NCBI GenBank assembly: GCA_024276825.1
Contig: JAJRWI010000081.1
Span: 1-50,550, forward strand
Origin: an archaeon
Lineage (GTDB): Archaea > Asgardarchaeota > Thorarchaeia > Thorarchaeales > Thorarchaeaceae
Reading direction: 5' to 3'
DNA length: 50,550 bases
Shown: positions 31,049-41,348 of the stretch, piece after piece
Layout of the letters: every line of letters starts with the position of its first letter
How positions within the stretch are numbered: position 1 is the stretch's first letter
Notes under the pieces: model-generated
Seen by the model: only the letters and a program-made list of their open reading frames with translations
What the model was told of the DNA's origin: nothing
The model's database searches: none
Position numbers and translations under genes: made by a program

Positions 31049-31639
31049 TTGCAGTTTGAAATAAAATTGGGTGATCTTGGGATTGCATTTGCTGCGAATT
31101 CCATAGCAATCACCATTATTGGGATGTTTCTTAGTTGGCTGTCAGAACATAGAGAGCTAAGAAAGAGTGACGCTATAGATGCCGTGGCCAATAGACTCTT
31201 GCCATTTTATGCAGCCATTTTAAAATCAATAGTGAGAATTGACCTCTTTCTTATAACTGCAAATTCTGTTGATTACAATGAATTGAAACTGGAACCTGAT
31301 GAGTTTTATTCAAAAGCCAGTGATGCGTTTGTATATATTACACATGTGGAAACTAGACAACTTGTTATTAATATCATTCAAATACTGAAAGGTCTGGACC
31401 TAGTTGAGAAGAACGCAGAGTCAGAGAGGATATCAACGATTCTCACTCAATTGCGTCCACTTTTTATCACCCTGAAGAATCTCATTGAACTCTATCTTGA
31501 GGAGTATGCAAAGATGGTGAAGGTGAGAATTCCAAAAATGGATAGAGTGCAAGAGATGTTTAGAGTGAACCTTGAGTTATCGGAAGAGGCCCTTAAGAGT
31601 GTGATTCATTCAATAAACGCAAGAATATCAAAAGATTAA
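31049..31639 (+). CDS. Hypothetical protein, N-terminal TM plus helical domain
   Basis: 196-aa ORF 12 nt after the GTPase pseudogene. Hydrophobic segment IAFAANSIAITIIGMFLSWL. Confidence 0.65.
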   Translation: MQFEIKLGDLGIAFAANSIAITIIGMFLSWLSEHRELRKSDAIDAVANRLLPFYAAILKSIVRIDLFLITANSVDYNELKLEPDEFYSKASDAFVYITHVETRQLVINIIQILKGLDLVEKNAESERISTILTQLRPLFITLKNLIELYLEEYAKMVKVRIPKMDRVQEMFRVNLELSEEALKSVIHSINARISKD

Positions 31640-31667
31640 TTCTGTGAAGCAGATGACAAGACATTGT

Positions 31668-32123
31668 TTAATATCCACTTGGCCGTTTTGGTTTTTTGCG
31701 TCGTGAACCCAGCGGGAATGGCCCTTTTGAAGAGGTAGTGATACCCGGTGAATAAGACCGTTCATAACCATAAGAACCCACAGTGAACCCTGAGCCACTC
31801 GATGGAATATGCGAGGAAAGGCCGGATTTTTGTCTGAAAAAGGTAGGGGCTCGTATATGGTACTTGCCGAGAAATATCATTACTAAGATGTTGCCAATTA
31901 TTATCAGTACAAAAGTCAACAGATTGTTCCACACAATAGTGACAATATCGATGATGATAAGAATCAGGATGAATTGCCCGCATGTTAGTCTTTGCACGAA
32001 ATTCTTTCCTATCGAAGAGTTTGAATCTGTTATTGATTGAGTAGTTTCTGGTGTTGATTCATGATTGAGATTTGTTGAGCCACGCTCCTTTATTCGTTCC
32101 ATTTCAATTTTCTCTTTCAACAT
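31668..32123 (-). CDS. Hypothetical two-TM membrane protein with low-complexity basic tail
   Basis: Two hydrophobic helices in the centre and a Ser/Gly/Lys-rich C-terminus. Confidence 0.55.
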   Translation of the reverse strand: MLKEKIEMERIKERGSTNLNHESTPETTQSITDSNSSIGKNFVQRLTCGQFILILIIIDIVTIVWNNLLTFVLIIIGNILVMIFLGKYHIRAPTFFRQKSGLSSHIPSSGSGFTVGSYGYERSYSPGITTSSKGPFPLGSRRKKPKRPSGY

Positions 32124-32460
32124 CCCAAAAGATTGTGGTCATTCTCTAGGTTCAATGTTTGTTCATTTTCTTTGATCATTATCTAGATTCAAGAAACTAG
32201 AAACTATTGTAAGAATACGCCATTCAGTTTATTATTATATGAATCGAAAGATATAAGGTTTTACTGCAGTGGCCACTCAGACTAGACAAGTTCCTTTATA
32301 ACCAGCTTTCAAAAGAAGATTATTTATGTTTTAAGTGATTAAAAGGTATGTGAGATTGCTTTATGATTTAGCAAATGGAGAATTATAGATTTATTATTTC
32401 ACTTGTTGTCAAATAGTTCTATGAAAAGCCAGTTTGATCACCAAAATAATCTGAAGCATA

Positions 32461-33264
32461 CTATTGAAAAATTATTGTTCGAATGTTTGGATAGTAAGCC
32501 ATCCCGTGTTTTCTAAGTCTGTCTTGGAATTGTGAGATCAGTTCATCAAAAGCAATTGCTTTCACGCCATATCTAGCAAAGATCTTTGGTGCCTCCTCGC
32601 AGGCAAACACAAGCTCCTTGGTGGCCTGTTCGGGGGTCATCTTTTTTCGAGTCTTGAAAGTGACCTCATCAATTGGTCTTAGACCATGTTCTTCAAAGGC
32701 ATCTACATAAAACTCGTAATCCAAAAAGACTGCATTGAGTCCAATGCTCTCCCATATTTCCTTAGCAAGTTGTTCTTCGGGCGTGTCCCCATATTCCACG
32801 ATAGTGATCTGTATTGGCATGTTTTTCTTGGTCACTCTGACCATTTCTGATATTGTGGACAACAGGCCATTATTACCACATGTCATTACTACATCTTCAA
32901 GGCCTAGGAAGTTGGTCACTAAATCAAAGTAGCCATTTTTGAATGGCAGGTCTGTCACGTCACATATAATATAGTCCACACCGTTCCAGAATGATGCAGG
33001 AATCATGCTATAGGCTTTAAATGCCATAAACGCCCTGAAGTCATTGATCAGGCCAGTGGCAAAGACTTTGCAACTTGTATACATATTGGCTATTTCAGCG
33101 GTCATAAATCCATGACCTGATAGAAGGTCCATAATAGTGCCTTCTTTGAGTGGAAAACTCATCTTAAGGTGTTGAGCTATCTTTCTTCTTATGCCTTCAA
33201 AATTAGTGAACGCATTCTCATATTCTTCATCAGAAAAAAACTGAGACATTTTTTTCACATTCAT
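32461..33264 (-). CDS. Class I SAM-dependent methyltransferase
   Basis: Motif I variant IMDLLSGHG, CDVTDLPFKNGYFDLV and EMVRVTK. Confidence 0.85.
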   Translation of the reverse strand: MNVKKMSQFFSDEEYENAFTNFEGIRRKIAQHLKMSFPLKEGTIMDLLSGHGFMTAEIANMYTSCKVFATGLINDFRAFMAFKAYSMIPASFWNGVDYIICDVTDLPFKNGYFDLVTNFLGLEDVVMTCGNNGLLSTISEMVRVTKKNMPIQITIVEYGDTPEEQLAKEIWESIGLNAVFLDYEFYVDAFEEHGLRPIDEVTFKTRKKMTPEQATKELVFACEEAPKIFARYGVKAIAFDELISQFQDRLRKHGMAYYPNIRTIIFQ

Positions 33265-33465
33265 ATTCTAAGTCAAAAGAGAATCATAATAGCCTTTCTA
33301 CTGTTATGTTTTAATAGGGGGTTTCAACCTCTATCGATATTCCTAATTAATGATATATTCGAATGTCTTGGGAATATGTATGAATGGGACAGCAGAACGG
33401 ATAATTTTGAATTCAGGGGCCTTTGCAAATGACAGGCAATCAGATTGTGAGTGTTTATTACTTCT

Positions 33466-34350
33466 TCACTTTTTTCTTTCGATCTTTGGAAGTTCGGCCC
33501 TGTGAGCCCCAAGCTTGAATGCAATTTTTTGAATTATCCCTGTTGTCTTGTGCATTACAACCTCATGAAATAGGATAATTGGAATAATAAAGGCCATTAT
33601 GAGAAGCGGAATCCCAACAGTCCAGAGCATACTCACAAAGATATTGAATGGTGTGATTGGAATTGGATCGGACTGAAGGATGTATGGCTCCAAGAAGTGT
33701 GCATGGAACATTGCCAGAGGAAATGACAATAGTGAGTATCCACCGATCATGTTGCTATACCAGCGACCAACGCCCTCAGTGTCAGGACATTGACGAATGT
33801 TCAATTGGTTGGACTTAAGAGTGGTGACAATTCCTGCATCGTTTAAGATCCAAGTGGGGATGAAGAATGCAAGGGCAATGGGCATAATGAGGAGAGCGCC
33901 CATTAGAGTTAACATTAGAGGATAGAGAAAGCGAACCTCTGGAGGAATTGTAGGAGGAACGCCAAACACAAAGTCTTGCAAGAGACCAATAACATAACCA
34001 GATGAACTGACCGCAAATAGTGCAGGAGCAACTGACCTTCTGATAAGTCGGAATGAGCCAAATTTCTTTCCAATCCTCATCACATTAAGATCGTAGGCTG
34101 TTGCCTTGATCATGCGGTTCGCAATAAGGAATAGAGCTGCCAACGGAGTACCAATAAGAAAATACTCCACTGTCAGAAATGGAAGCGATGCCCCCATGAC
34201 CACCAAAATATCATTGTATAGATAGCCAGGGATGAACTTGACCCAATCAAAAGGTCCTAATGCAGAGGTCAGGATATGAAGTGTATAGATAGTATATGCG
34301 ATTCCAGCAATCGAGAATAATAAAGGCAATACAAATCTTACTTTTTTCAA
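33466..34350 (-). CDS. Hypothetical polytopic membrane protein
   Basis: About 6 hydrophobic segments in 294 aa. Confidence 0.75.
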   Translation of the reverse strand: MKKVRFVLPLLFSIAGIAYTIYTLHILTSALGPFDWVKFIPGYLYNDILVVMGASLPFLTVEYFLIGTPLAALFLIANRMIKATAYDLNVMRIGKKFGSFRLIRRSVAPALFAVSSSGYVIGLLQDFVFGVPPTIPPEVRFLYPLMLTLMGALLIMPIALAFFIPTWILNDAGIVTTLKSNQLNIRQCPDTEGVGRWYSNMIGGYSLLSFPLAMFHAHFLEPYILQSDPIPITPFNIFVSMLWTVGIPLLIMAFIIPIILFHEVVMHKTTGIIQKIAFKLGAHRAELPKIERKK

Positions 34351-34492
34351 GGTTCACTGCTCCTTATACAACCTCAACTCGGCAATATTTAGGAGTATTG
34401 TGGATAATATACATAAGACACAATCAGATTAATCTTATAATAGGATAGAGAGTTAGAATATCAAGAATTTTGAGATGAAGTAGGGCTTTGCC

Positions 34493-35233
34493 ATGGTGGA
34501 GCTAATATTCGGAAACCTCACAGTCCTCGATGTAGTCATGGCAATCTTTACCGGCATCTTTGGCAATGTTGTATTAGCTATGGGATACTTTATGAGTCGA
34601 AATCATGTTCCAAGGTGGAAATCAAGAAAGTTTGTTCACGTCACTATGGGCACGGTAATTGCGTTCACTGTGACTGTTTATTCCAATCTTAGTGGTCCAG
34701 CCTTTGCAATGGGGGTTTTTGCAACTGGGCTACTTTATGTCTGGTCCCACAAGCGAGACCTCATATCTGATCTTCTTGCTGCGGGCAGTCGAGAGTTTGA
34801 GTCAAAATTGAACACCTTTGCAAGTAGTTTCATGGGCCTTGTGGCATTTTCACTGACCTTTCTCATTTTCCTTGAGCGTCCTGAGATTTTCGTTGCTTCG
34901 TTTCTTGTGGTGGCATGGGGAGATGCTGCAGGTGAGATTATTGGACGCCCTTATGGGGGCAGATGTTTTAGGAAACTCCGCAAAAACAAGTCCATAGAGG
35001 GATCTATAGCAGTCTTCATTGCAAGCCTTATTGCATTCATTATTTCTTTGGGAGTCTTCTCAGCTGACACATGTCCGCTATGTGTGATGTTTCAATTAAT
35101 TATCATTGCATTCATAATTACCATTGTCGAAGCATACAGTATAGGCTGGACAGACAATTTCGTGTTGCCACTTCTTACAGCAATACTTCTCTGGATTTTC
35201 ATTTTCCCATCAATAACACTCCTTTCCATGTAA
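34493..35233 (+). CDS. CTP-dependent polyprenol kinase (dolichol/phytol kinase, CTP_transf-like family)
   Basis: SRKFVH, WGDAAGEIIG, KSIEGS and VEA...DNFVLP motifs. Polytopic membrane protein. Confidence 0.85.
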   Translation: MVELIFGNLTVLDVVMAIFTGIFGNVVLAMGYFMSRNHVPRWKSRKFVHVTMGTVIAFTVTVYSNLSGPAFAMGVFATGLLYVWSHKRDLISDLLAAGSREFESKLNTFASSFMGLVAFSLTFLIFLERPEIFVASFLVVAWGDAAGEIIGRPYGGRCFRKLRKNKSIEGSIAVFIASLIAFIISLGVFSADTCPLCVMFQLIIIAFIITIVEAYSIGWTDNFVLPLLTAILLWIFIFPSITLLSM

Positions 35234-35508
35234 TTTCAACCAAGGTCTGCCCTAATTCAACAACAAAGACCAGCCAACAGCAGATACGACTTAAACAGTT
35301 TTTGTTAAAATGGCAAGAATAACAAGAATAGTATTGATTTCAATATGCCGCCAATTATGGAGATGTATCCGTCATAAGAGTCTTCAGTGTCGAGAAACTC
35401 ATCAACACTATCAAGAGTATTATTATCACTAAAACTGGAATCCAGTCAATCACCAATTGAGTTGATATTCAGGTGCACAAATAATTTTGTCAAATATCAA
35501 GGAGGAGC

Positions 35509-36453
35509 CTAGGCCATTGATATTCTTCGAAACTCATCGTCACGTTCAATTTCCCAGTCGCGAATCCGAGTGATGCCGGAGTCACCAAGCTCACAAATTA
35601 GCTTTAATTCGCAAAGCATTGAAGTCCAGCCAATATCATAGCCAATGGTTTCTTCGGGCGAACTGAAACCATAATGGTGAAGAGTCACAACTGTGGAATC
35701 ACCCGCCCTTTCAAAGCGAATATTAACTCGCGTTTCTCGTTCCATACCATAGACCCATGTGAACTCGAGCTCCTGATCTTGGACAAGCTTAGTAATGACC
35801 ACGGGTCCTTTGCCCTCACGCCACCATGTGTATATGCCTGCGTATTGTTTGTCAATCTTTGGACTTTTAGCCCGGATGAAGCGACTAAGTTTTTCGGGGT
35901 TCGTCCAAACATCAAATGGGAGTTGAGGGGGTGTATTGATGACCACGCTTATTCGTAAGTCTGTTGGATCATATCGGGTTGGTGTCAGAGGATGATAATT
36001 GGAATAGTTGAATCTGATGGCGGGAGTTCCAAGTTCAAGCACCGATTTTAGATTTGCAAGCAGGGCATTCCAATGAGATGGCAGATGAAGGTTCTTGGCA
36101 CCGATTGGAATGGCACCATGCTTGATATCAAGAACAGAACCCGTTTCAGTTGGTCTGAATCTTGCTATGAATAGGGTTTCAGCACCCAAGATATCCCAGC
36201 TGAATAGAATAACGCGTTTTGGTTTGATTCTACGAATTGTCCAATGGTCTGCAATCTCAGCAGTGGCGGGAGCATTCTCTCCATGAAATCTGATCATCCC
36301 GCCTTCTTCGAAGTCAACGGTGATTTCATTGCCAAGCCATTGTAGGAGAACAAAGGGATCAATAAACATATCCCACAAATCTTCTACTTGCAGATTGAAC
36401 TGAACCTGAATTTGAATAATGGGAAAGACCTCTTCTTTAACTTCCCCTGACAC
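35509..36453 (-). CDS. Tandem SRPBCC/AHSA1-like (START-fold) domain protein
   Basis: Two repeats of the pattern W..F.DP..L..W ... F[ST]W ... L.H ... W...L..LK. GTG 36453 or TTG 36456 is preferred as start because of a GGTGA SD and TTTATAA at 36491-36497. Confidence 0.85.
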   Translation of the reverse strand: MSGEVKEEVFPIIQIQVQFNLQVEDLWDMFIDPFVLLQWLGNEITVDFEEGGMIRFHGENAPATAEIADHWTIRRIKPKRVILFSWDILGAETLFIARFRPTETGSVLDIKHGAIPIGAKNLHLPSHWNALLANLKSVLELGTPAIRFNYSNYHPLTPTRYDPTDLRISVVINTPPQLPFDVWTNPEKLSRFIRAKSPKIDKQYAGIYTWWREGKGPVVITKLVQDQELEFTWVYGMERETRVNIRFERAGDSTVVTLHHYGFSSPEETIGYDIGWTSMLCELKLICELGDSGITRIRDWEIERDDEFRRISMA

Positions 36454-36599
36454 CAAACCAAACTCACCATAAAACAATTGAATATAACACTTATAAACGC
36501 AATTGATAGTATCGGGGAGAATAAACAATTAAATGGTCTATACGGACTTGATATCCTGCTATCCTTTTAATAGTTCAATAATAATCAAACGTTTGAAAG

Positions 36600-37007
36600 C
36601 TAGTCCATTAATTTGATCAAGGCTTCACCCTCAATCACAGTTTCACCATTTTGGTTTATGCAAGTGGTTTTTAGAACCACATGTTTCTTCTCATCTATCT
36701 TTCTAATCACTTCAACATGTGCTGTAATAGTATCACCAATTCGAACAGGAAGTAGGAATTTCAAGGATTGGCTGAGATACACAGAACCCTGACCTGGCAA
36801 TTTCATGCCTATTACAGCTGAGATGAATGATGCTGAGAGCAGGCCATGAGCAATTCGACCGCCAAACATTGTAGTTTTTGCCCACATCGCATCAAAATGA
36901 AGAGGATTAAAATCGCCGCTGATCTTGCCAAATGCTTTAACATCCTCCTCAGAAACAGTATGAGTGATTTCAGCAGACTGCCCGATGAGTATCTCGTCAT
37001 ATTTCAT
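36600..37007 (-). CDS. MaoC-family (R)-specific enoyl-CoA hydratase/dehydratase
   Basis: FGKISGDFNPLHFD...FGGRIAHG...LPGQGSVYLSQSLKFLLPVRIGD. Confidence 0.93.
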   Translation of the reverse strand: MKYDEILIGQSAEITHTVSEEDVKAFGKISGDFNPLHFDAMWAKTTMFGGRIAHGLLSASFISAVIGMKLPGQGSVYLSQSLKFLLPVRIGDTITAHVEVIRKIDEKKHVVLKTTCINQNGETVIEGEALIKLMD

Positions 37008-37129
37008 GATTTCACCAACTCGATTCTCAGGTGAGTTTTCAGCAAGGAAAAGTAAGAGTACATTATTAATAATAGTATGCTCTTAGTGAATCCCCAGCGG
37101 TAACGGAATAGATTTATCTGAAAGAGTGC

Positions 37130-39436
37130 TTGAGAGAGAACAATTCTTATCAGAAGCCTGCTTATATTCTGAGTGAGAATTTAGGACATGGGGCACCCAA
37201 TTTGAATGAGAAGAAAGGCTCAGAATTTGGACCCATAGTGGCCCAAGGAACAACTGAAGAACTATTAATATTCAGAGCTTTAGTGGATGCCATGAATGAG
37301 GGCTTTGCTGTTGTTGATAGAGGAGCTAGTCTCACTTATGTAAATAAACGGTTCTTGGAAATGCTGGGGTACTCCTATGAAGAAATGATTGGACATGCAG
37401 TGACTGATTTTGTAGATGAGAAGGGCAAACAGATTCTAAAAGAGAATATCCGTAAGCGTGTTCTTCATCATAGCTCCAAATATGAATTAGAATGGATGGC
37501 AAAGGATGGCTCACGAGTGCCAACTCTGGTTTCGGGAGTTCCAATTGTTGATCAAGAGGGCAACTTCCTCGGCTCATTTGCAGTAATCACAAACTTGTCA
37601 GAGATGAAAGGAATACTTGAGAGGATAGAGAAATCTGAAGAGAAATATAGAATGCTCATTGATAACCTGCGGCAAGGCATCACAATAATTCAAGATGATC
37701 GCTATGTCTTCGTCAATCAGGCCTTTGCAGATATTGTTGGATATGCCATTGATGAACTGTTAGCGATGTCATCTGAACAAGCCTTTGAACTCATACATCC
37801 AGATGATCGGCAGTTCCTATTAGACCTTGCAGAAAGGCGCAATAGAGGTGATGTAATTAAGGCACCATATGAATATCGCTTCATATGTAAGGATGGTTCG
37901 GTAAAGCATGTTAAGGCATTTTCCTCAAATATCGAGTATGAAGGCAGAAATGCAGTACAGATCCTAATAATGGATATTACCGATCGAAAAGAGATTGAGC
38001 GTGAACTCAGCGAGTCCAAAAGGCTGTTGGAAATGGTCATCAATACAATTCCAATGTATGTGTTTTGGAAAGACAAAAACTCTACCTATTTGGGATGTAA
38101 CCAGAATTTTGCTATCACAGCAGGAGTGCCTTCGCCCAAAGACATCATAGGAAAGACCGATTTTGATTTAAATTGGCCAAAAGAGAATGCGGAGTTCTAC
38201 CAGAAGTCCGACAAGGAAATTATGGAAACTCGTCAGCCAATTATTCATAGTATTGAGAAATTGCAATATGCAGATACTGAGATGTGGATTGATTTAACAA
38301 AGGTGCCACTCATTGATGAGAACAACGAAGTAATAGGAGTCCTTGGCATTTATGAAGACATCAGTGAGAGAGTCAAATCTGAGCAGGCGATTAAGGCATC
38401 TGAAGAAAAGTATAGAACTCTTGCCGAGCAGAGCTTTCAAGGAATGACAATTCTCACAAGAAATGGATTCGCTTATGTCAATAAGGCATTTGCTGAAATT
38501 GTTGGGCGCACGAAAGAAGAATTGCTCTCAATGACGCCCGATGACATAAGGAACATAGTGCATCCTGCGGACTTGGAAATGATCGAAGACCGCATTGCAA
38601 AATGGTTCGCAGGAGAGGTCGTTCCTCCAAGACATGAGTGGCGATTCATTCGCAAGAATGGCGAGATCAGATGGGTGGAGTCATTTTCAACAAGAGTACA
38701 GTACGAGGATGACATCGCTCTTCAGATAATACTCATTGATACGACAAATAGAAAGAACATAGAGCGAGAAGTACATACAGCAAGAGACCGTGCTCTTCTC
38801 TATCTAGATTTGATGTGCCATGATCTTCGAAACCAACTGCAAGTCATATTAAATAGTGCAACATTGCTTCATGACATAAGTGATGAAACAATGAGAAGCA
38901 ATTTCCTAGACATTATAAAGAACAGTATACAGAGAGCAGCAAGACTAATTGGAGAAGTTCAGGAGACTGAACAACTACTGAATGTTCCATTAGTTGAGCG
39001 AGACCTTGCAGCAGCATTGACAACATGCATTGCAGCTCTTGAAGGTCGTTCTGATACTCAGTTTCATTACAAGTTTCATATTAAGAGGGCTTCAGTAAAA
39101 GCCGATGAGTTTCTTGAATTGCTTCTCTCAAATATATTGCTCAATGCAATAGAGCACAATCCCAAAGGGAAGAAAGAGGTCTGGGTCGATTTAAGTCAAT
39201 CCAAGGACTACTATATTGTTTCAATAGCAGACAATGGTCCAGGAATCTCAGATACACGCAAGAAGGAACTCTTTGACATGACCAGAAGATTCGGAGGAAT
39301 CGGTCTCCATCAGGCATATCAAATCGCAGAGAAGTATAATGGGTCAATTCGGGTTGAAGACAGAGTCAGTGGTCATCCCGAGGAAGGAGCCAAGTTTATT
39401 ATTGAGATTCCTAGGATGGTCAGATACACTGACTGA
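37130..39436 (+). CDS. Soluble multi-PAS (4x) sensor histidine kinase
   Basis: Four PAS/PAC units. H-box MCHDLRNQLQ, N-box SNILLNAIEH, G1 DNGPG, G2 GGIGL. No TM or receiver domain. Confidence 0.93.
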   Translation: MRENNSYQKPAYILSENLGHGAPNLNEKKGSEFGPIVAQGTTEELLIFRALVDAMNEGFAVVDRGASLTYVNKRFLEMLGYSYEEMIGHAVTDFVDEKGKQILKENIRKRVLHHSSKYELEWMAKDGSRVPTLVSGVPIVDQEGNFLGSFAVITNLSEMKGILERIEKSEEKYRMLIDNLRQGITIIQDDRYVFVNQAFADIVGYAIDELLAMSSEQAFELIHPDDRQFLLDLAERRNRGDVIKAPYEYRFICKDGSVKHVKAFSSNIEYEGRNAVQILIMDITDRKEIERELSESKRLLEMVINTIPMYVFWKDKNSTYLGCNQNFAITAGVPSPKDIIGKTDFDLNWPKENAEFYQKSDKEIMETRQPIIHSIEKLQYADTEMWIDLTKVPLIDENNEVIGVLGIYEDISERVKSEQAIKASEEKYRTLAEQSFQGMTILTRNGFAYVNKAFAEIVGRTKEELLSMTPDDIRNIVHPADLEMIEDRIAKWFAGEVVPPRHEWRFIRKNGEIRWVESFSTRVQYEDDIALQIILIDTTNRKNIEREVHTARDRALLYLDLMCHDLRNQLQVILNSATLLHDISDETMRSNFLDIIKNSIQRAARLIGEVQETEQLLNVPLVERDLAAALTTCIAALEGRSDTQFHYKFHIKRASVKADEFLELLLSNILLNAIEHNPKGKKEVWVDLSQSKDYYIVSIADNGPGISDTRKKELFDMTRRFGGIGLHQAYQIAEKYNGSIRVEDRVSGHPEEGAKFIIEIPRMVRYTD

Positions 39437-39824
39437 TATCAACTAATGAATGTTCTATTAGTGCATTTTTCTTAAACTCACAGATATGCCATTTTGCCAG
39501 TGATCCATCGTTCATTGTAAATTGGACACAATCTTGGACTAATAGTCCTGTCCGCCCACGAACCGCAGTAGGCACATTTCAGACCATTGTTTCCGATGAG
39601 ACCATTTAAACTTCTCACAATTTCATAGTGGATCTCTTAGATGTTCTTTTGATTGGTGTCCAACTATGTCCAAGATTTGCACATCTACGTGCAATCCTTC
39701 GATAGTGTTCTTGATTTGAAATAGAATTAAAAAAATCTGCAAATATCCATCATATAATTTCTCGTGCTTCATATTATTAACTGCTTTTTTTAATTGATTA
39801 GAATTGTCAGAACTTTGATAATAA

Positions 39825-41348
39825 ATGCGATTAAGAATAGTCTTTATTAATCGTTCAGTAATCAACGATTCAATGACTGGACTTCAGAACACTGCAAGGG
39901 ACATCTCAAGACCAAACATATACAGAGTAGTTGCTGCGACGGGTTTTGGAATTCTGCTTGGAGCCCTTGATGGATCAATAGTGAATGTTTCACTTTACAC
40001 AATTGCCACAGGCTTCAGTGTTGGAATGTCAGAAGTTCAATGGATCGTAGTTGCCTACCTGCTGATAATCACATCGCTAATGCCACTCATGGGGAAGCTT
40101 GGTGACAGATATGGCAAGGCAAAGGTGTTTCAGTCTGGAATGCTTCTGTTCATTCTTGGCTCATTCTCATGTGCCATTTCTATTAGTCTTGAAATACTCA
40201 TTACATCTAGAATCTTTCAAGCCATTGGAGCAAGCATGATGACTGCTAATGGCTTAGCCCTTGTGACATATTATACAGAACCTCGAAATCGCGGCAGAGC
40301 AATTGGATTGAGCTCAATGATACTTGCAGGAGCTCTGGGCCTTGGTCCACCACTCGGGGGTGCCCTGACAGAATTCTTTGGCTGGCCAAGCATTTTCCTT
40401 GTGAATGTCCCGATTGGTCTAGTTGGGTTAATTGTTGTGTGGAGATGGATTCCAGAAACAAAGCCCATTGAAGAGGCCAGGTTTGACACATTAGGGGCAG
40501 GACTCTTTTTCGGGTTCTTGTTTGTAATGATCTATTTGGTCAGTAGTTATAACAAAATCACAATAGAACAGACATTATTCATGTTACTTGTATTCATTAT
40601 CCTATTCATATTGTTCATTGAACGTGAGAAGAGATTTGACTCACCAATCATCCCGATTAATGTCCTTGCCAATAAAAGAATCTCAATTAGCATATTCACA
40701 GCATTGCTTGCATACATGTCATATATTCCAATTTCATATCTTCTTGCTTTTTATTTGCAAGACGCACTAGGACTCACTCAATCAATCACAGGGATTATCC
40801 TGATAACGCACCCAGTCATAATATCATTCTCGGGACCAATGGCAGGGTTTATTGCAGAACGTATAGATGCACGGATTCAGACCGTTATTGGTCTGCTGAT
40901 ACAGGCTCTTGGTATTACCCTGCTGGGTTTTGCAATTCCCAATCTTCCGTTTATCATTCTCTCCATTGCCATTCTAGGCCTAGGTCTTTCAGTATTCACA
41001 GTGGCCAATAACAATTTCATAATGACATCAGCACCCAAAGAATACTTGGGTGTTGTGAGCGCCCTTAGTAATCTTTCAAGGACATCAGGATTCTCAATCG
41101 CGATTGCTGCTGCAACTACGGTCTTTGCAATGTTCATGGCACTCTTCAATCCGCTTGGCTATACCACTGGACCAGAATATATTGCAGCATACTCGGCCTC
41201 ATTTCAGATGACTTCTTGGTTCTTCATTATATTTGCGATAATTGCATCCGTAATGTCCATCTTTCGCGGAAAAAGCCCATATGAGAAAGTGAGAGAGGAA
41301 GACCGACCAGTTGAGGTCTCACTCCTTGACAAACCAATAATGTCATAG
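39825..41348 (+). CDS. MFS transporter, DHA2 (EmrB/QacA-like) family
   Basis: LDGSIVNVSL, QWIVVAYLL, GKLGDRYG, GPPLGG and WPSIFLVNVPIG. The true start is probably ATG 39873. Confidence 0.93.
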   Translation: MRLRIVFINRSVINDSMTGLQNTARDISRPNIYRVVAATGFGILLGALDGSIVNVSLYTIATGFSVGMSEVQWIVVAYLLIITSLMPLMGKLGDRYGKAKVFQSGMLLFILGSFSCAISISLEILITSRIFQAIGASMMTANGLALVTYYTEPRNRGRAIGLSSMILAGALGLGPPLGGALTEFFGWPSIFLVNVPIGLVGLIVVWRWIPETKPIEEARFDTLGAGLFFGFLFVMIYLVSSYNKITIEQTLFMLLVFIILFILFIEREKRFDSPIIPINVLANKRISISIFTALLAYMSYIPISYLLAFYLQDALGLTQSITGIILITHPVIISFSGPMAGFIAERIDARIQTVIGLLIQALGITLLGFAIPNLPFIILSIAILGLGLSVFTVANNNFIMTSAPKEYLGVVSALSNLSRTSGFSIAIAAATTVFAMFMALFNPLGYTTGPEYIAAYSASFQMTSWFFIIFAIIASVMSIFRGKSPYEKVREEDRPVEVSLLDKPIMS

